From: Rhodoluna sp.
GTDB lineage: Bacteria > Actinomycetota > Actinomycetes > Actinomycetales > Microbacteriaceae
Direction of reading: 5' to 3'
Length of the DNA stretch: 57,150 nucleotides
Assembly: GCA_049314335.1 (NCBI GenBank)
Contig: JBMOFL010000001.1
Coordinates: forward strand, 1-57,150
Part shown: positions 54,451-57,150 of the stretch, piece by piece
Layout of the letters: every line of letters begins with the position of its first letter
Position numbering within the stretch: the first letter of the stretch is position 1
The notes under the pieces: model-generated
The model's database searches: none
Seen by the model: only the letters and a program-made list of their open reading frames with translations
Told to the model about the DNA's origin: nothing
Made by a program: the position numbers and the translations under genes

Positions 54451-54509
54451 TTGATGCCTCTCCTAATTCAATCTTAACAACAGTTGTTCACTGGTCAGAA
54501 CATTCATGC

Positions 54510-56021
54510 TTACCTATTGCCAAAAAGTGCATTTGCTTGGTCTATTGACGCAAGCACAGCTGACATCTTGGCTAGAGTTTCCTGATACTCCGACTCTGGC
54601 ACTGAATCTAAGACGATGCCCGCTCCAGCTTGGACTCTTGCTACGCCATCCCTAATAAAAGCAGTTCTGATTGCAATGGCTAAGTCAGCATTACCTTCAA
54701 AGTCAAGATAGCCAACTACCCCACCGAATATGCCTCTGTTGGAATTTTCAAGATCGTTGATAATCTCGAGAGCTCGCGGCTTAGGTGCTCCAGAAAGCGT
54801 TCCAGCGGGGAAAGTCGCTTTGAAAACATCCACAGAAGTATTCCCCGCTGCTAAATCACCTTCAACCGTGGATACCAAGTGCATGATGTGACTAAATTTC
54901 TCTATCTTCATGAACTGGGTGACGGTGACAGAAGACGGTTCACAAACTTTAAGTAGGTCGTTTCTGGCTAGGTCAACCAGCATTAGATGCTCGGCCCGCT
55001 CTTTCTGATCTGCAAGTAGCGAATCAGCAAACTGCTCATCCTGAACTTGGCTTTCGCCTCTTGGTCTTGAGCCCGCAATTGGATGCATAACGACCTTAGT
55101 CCCGGATACTTTGACTAGGGCCTCGGGCGAAGAACCAACAACTGCATATTCGCCATGGGAGTCCGAGTAGTTGAGTAGATACATGTAAGGAGAAGGATTC
55201 AAAGCTCTGAGCACGCGATACACATCAATAGGCCGAGCTTGAACTTCCACATCTATGCGCTGAGACAAGACCACTTGGAAAACGTCACCTAGTCTTACGT
55301 GCTTCTTTGCAGTCTCGACGACATCAAGGAATTCTGAATGAGATGTTCTTGATTTACGCTCAAGCATATTTTGTCCAGTAGCCGCCGAAAGAGTCTGCTT
55401 TGTTGGCTCGGCGAGCGAAGTTTGAAGTTCTAGAATCCTGTCAATAGCAGCGTCATAAGAGACTGAATAATCGGAACTGTTGTCACAGTAAACGTTAGAC
55501 ACTATGAGCACACTGCTTGTCTTGTGATCAAGAACAATAATGTCCCGAACCATCTCAAGGTGAATCTTAGGTCGGTTGTAATCAAGTTCTGGAGCAACCG
55601 CAAGGTTCTCAATATCACGAATTACATCCCAGGAGAATAATCCAACAAGTCCTGAAGTCAGTGGTGGCAAGTTGTCCATAGGCATTGTGTTCCATGAGGA
55701 TTGAACAAGCCTCAATGCATCAAGCGGTTTGCTGGGTAGCATGCCCCCGTCTGGAAGAGCAAGTTCGATACCGTTGACAATAAAGTCTTCATCAGTTTCG
55801 ATGAAGCTCGCCCGACTAGAAACACCTATAAAGCTATATCTAGACCAAACCCCTTGCTCAGCAGACTCTAAAAGAAATGTGCCTGATCGGCCTGAAGAAA
55901 GCTTCTCGTATATTCCAACAGGAGTGTCGTTTCCCCCGAAAAGAGTTAGGAAAACTGGAACTACTTGTCCAAGTTTTGCCGTCGCTAGAAAGTCCTCTTT
56001 AGAAATGTTGAAGTTAGTCAT
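54510..56021 (-). CDS. trpE: Anthranilate synthase component I
   Basis: FLLESAE, FQVVLSQR, NPSPYM, SSPEAL, PIAGSRPRG, AEHLMLVDLARND, PAGTLSGAPK. Start probably ATG 56021, preceded by GGAGG. Confidence 0.95.
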   Translation of the reverse strand: MTNFNISKEDFLATAKLGQVVPVFLTLFGGNDTPVGIYEKLSSGRSGTFLLESAEQGVWSRYSFIGVSSRASFIETDEDFIVNGIELALPDGGMLPSKPLDALRLVQSSWNTMPMDNLPPLTSGLVGLFSWDVIRDIENLAVAPELDYNRPKIHLEMVRDIIVLDHKTSSVLIVSNVYCDNSSDYSVSYDAAIDRILELQTSLAEPTKQTLSAATGQNMLERKSRTSHSEFLDVVETAKKHVRLGDVFQVVLSQRIDVEVQARPIDVYRVLRALNPSPYMYLLNYSDSHGEYAVVGSSPEALVKVSGTKVVMHPIAGSRPRGESQVQDEQFADSLLADQKERAEHLMLVDLARNDLLKVCEPSSVTVTQFMKIEKFSHIMHLVSTVEGDLAAGNTSVDVFKATFPAGTLSGAPKPRALEIINDLENSNRGIFGGVVGYLDFEGNADLAIAIRTAFIRDGVARVQAGAGIVLDSVPESEYQETLAKMSAVLASIDQANALFGNR

Positions 56022-56355
56022 TGCTGATGACCTCCGAACCAAATTCGATTCGCTGGGTATCAAAGCATGATTCTGTACCGTTGTGGCAGCTTGGGCCAGC
56101 TGGTTTAGCTAACACCAGAATTGAATCTGAATCGCAATCAAACTCCATGGCTCTAACATTCAGGATGTTTCCTGAAGTTTCACCCTTCTTCCAAATCTCG
56201 TTTCTAGATCTTGACCAGAAATGACAAAGACCAGTGGACTTGGTTAGGTCGAATGCTTGTCTGTTCATGTAAGCAAGCATAAGAACTCTGCCAGTGTCAG
56301 CATTCTGAACAATGGCTGGAATTAGCTCGTTCTTCTCGAAGTCAGGTTTCAGCAT
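56014..56355 (-). CDS. hisI: Phosphoribosyl-AMP cyclohydrolase
   Basis: VLMLAYMN, WSRSR..W.KGETSG, DCDSD, CHNG..SCF. Confidence 0.95.
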   Translation of the reverse strand: MLKPDFEKNELIPAIVQNADTGRVLMLAYMNRQAFDLTKSTGLCHFWSRSRNEIWKKGETSGNILNVRAMEFDCDSDSILVLAKPAGPSCHNGTESCFDTQRIEFGSEVISND

Positions 56356-56359
56356 CAGG

Positions 56360-57124
56360 CTACAGTCTAACTTTGACGCCTTGATTATCGAGAGCTGCCT
56401 TTACATCTCCTATGGTTAGAGCACCACTGTGGAATACCGATGCAGCTAGAACGGCATTGGCCCCTGACTGCACTGCAGCTAAGAAATCATCTGCTGTGCC
56501 AGCCCCACCACTAGCGATTAGGGGTAGAGCTGAAACTTCTCTCACAGCTCTGATCAACTCAGTATTGAAGCCTGATTTTGTGCCGTCAGTGTCGACGCTG
56601 TTTATAAGTAGCTCCCCTATTCCCCTGTGCTGATTGGCTGTAATCCATTGAATGGCGTCTACCCCTGTGAACTTAGTGCCACCATGTGTTGTTAGAGAGT
56701 ATCCGGATGGAGCGTCCTGGTCTTGAATTACGTCTAGGGATACAACAACAATCTGATTACCGTACCGAGCGGCTATCTCACTAATCAGCTCGGGGTTAGT
56801 AATGCTTGATGAACCGATGCTGATTTTATCTGCACCCGCCTCGAGATAACTCGAAACATCTGAGAGTTTAGAAATACCTCCACCAACAGTAAGTGGAATG
56901 AAGATGCTCTCTGCTGTTCTAGTTATGACCTCCAGCATGGCAACTCGTCCTTCAATGCTGGCTGAAACGTCCAAGAAAGTGATTTCGTCAGCACCTGCTT
57001 CGTAGTAGAGCTTGGCCAGTTCTACTGGATCACCAATGTCTTGCAAGCCCTTGAACTGGACTCCCTTGACTACCCTGCCGTCTTTGACGTCGAGACAAGG
57101 AATGATTCTGATTGAGAGAGTCAT
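56360..57124 (-). CDS. hisF: Imidazole glycerol phosphate synthase cyclase subunit
   Basis: RIIPCLDV, VVKGV, GADEITFLD, PLTVGGGI, DGTKSG, IASGGAG, LAASVFH. Confidence 0.96.
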   Translation of the reverse strand: MTLSIRIIPCLDVKDGRVVKGVQFKGLQDIGDPVELAKLYYEAGADEITFLDVSASIEGRVAMLEVITRTAESIFIPLTVGGGISKLSDVSSYLEAGADKISIGSSSITNPELISEIAARYGNQIVVVSLDVIQDQDAPSGYSLTTHGGTKFTGVDAIQWITANQHRGIGELLINSVDTDGTKSGFNTELIRAVREVSALPLIASGGAGTADDFLAAVQSGANAVLAASVFHSGALTIGDVKAALDNQGVKVRL

Positions 57125-57126
57125 TA

Positions 57127-57150
57127 CTAGATTCGTGCTGCGTGAATCGC
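57127..57150 (-). CDS. 3' end of an upstream gene, probably ATP phosphoribosyltransferase (HisG)
   Basis: Reads AIHAARI-stop immediately before hisF, resembling actinobacterial HisG C-termini. Only 7 codons are visible. Confidence 0.5.
   Translation of the reverse strand, partial: AIHAARI

Overview
Gene-dense core-chromosome segment of a small, moderate-GC actinobacterium. Gene order and proteins point to Microbacteriaceae, probably a streamlined planktonic Luna-type lineage such as Aquiluna or Rhodoluna (inference). It carries rpmE (type B, partial), serB, fabI-fabG, SURF1, an ABC-F ATPase, bioY, a reduced suf operon, ctaA-photolyase-ctaB, the tkt-tal-pgi-zwf-opcA-pgl cluster, rbpA-secG-tpiA-pgk-gap-sodA-whiA-rapZ-uvrCAB-coaE-rpsA-HPr-polA, pdtaR, tRNA-Leu(CAA), pyk-gltDB and lgt-trpABC-trpE-hisIF. 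I saw no mobile element, CRISPR array or defence island. The standout is a stand-alone microbial rhodopsin (4613-5320, minus strand). It resembles the Exiguobacterium (ESR)/proteorhodopsin branch rather than the actinorhodopsins expected in this lineage. It has a DTE motif, Leu in place of the helix-B histidine, and other altered extracellular residues. Secondary observations are a photolyase coupled to heme A synthase, an orphan HPr coupled to polA, several apparently leaderless promoters, and a few candidate regulatory repeats or hairpins. All homology calls come from motif recognition by eye, not database searches.
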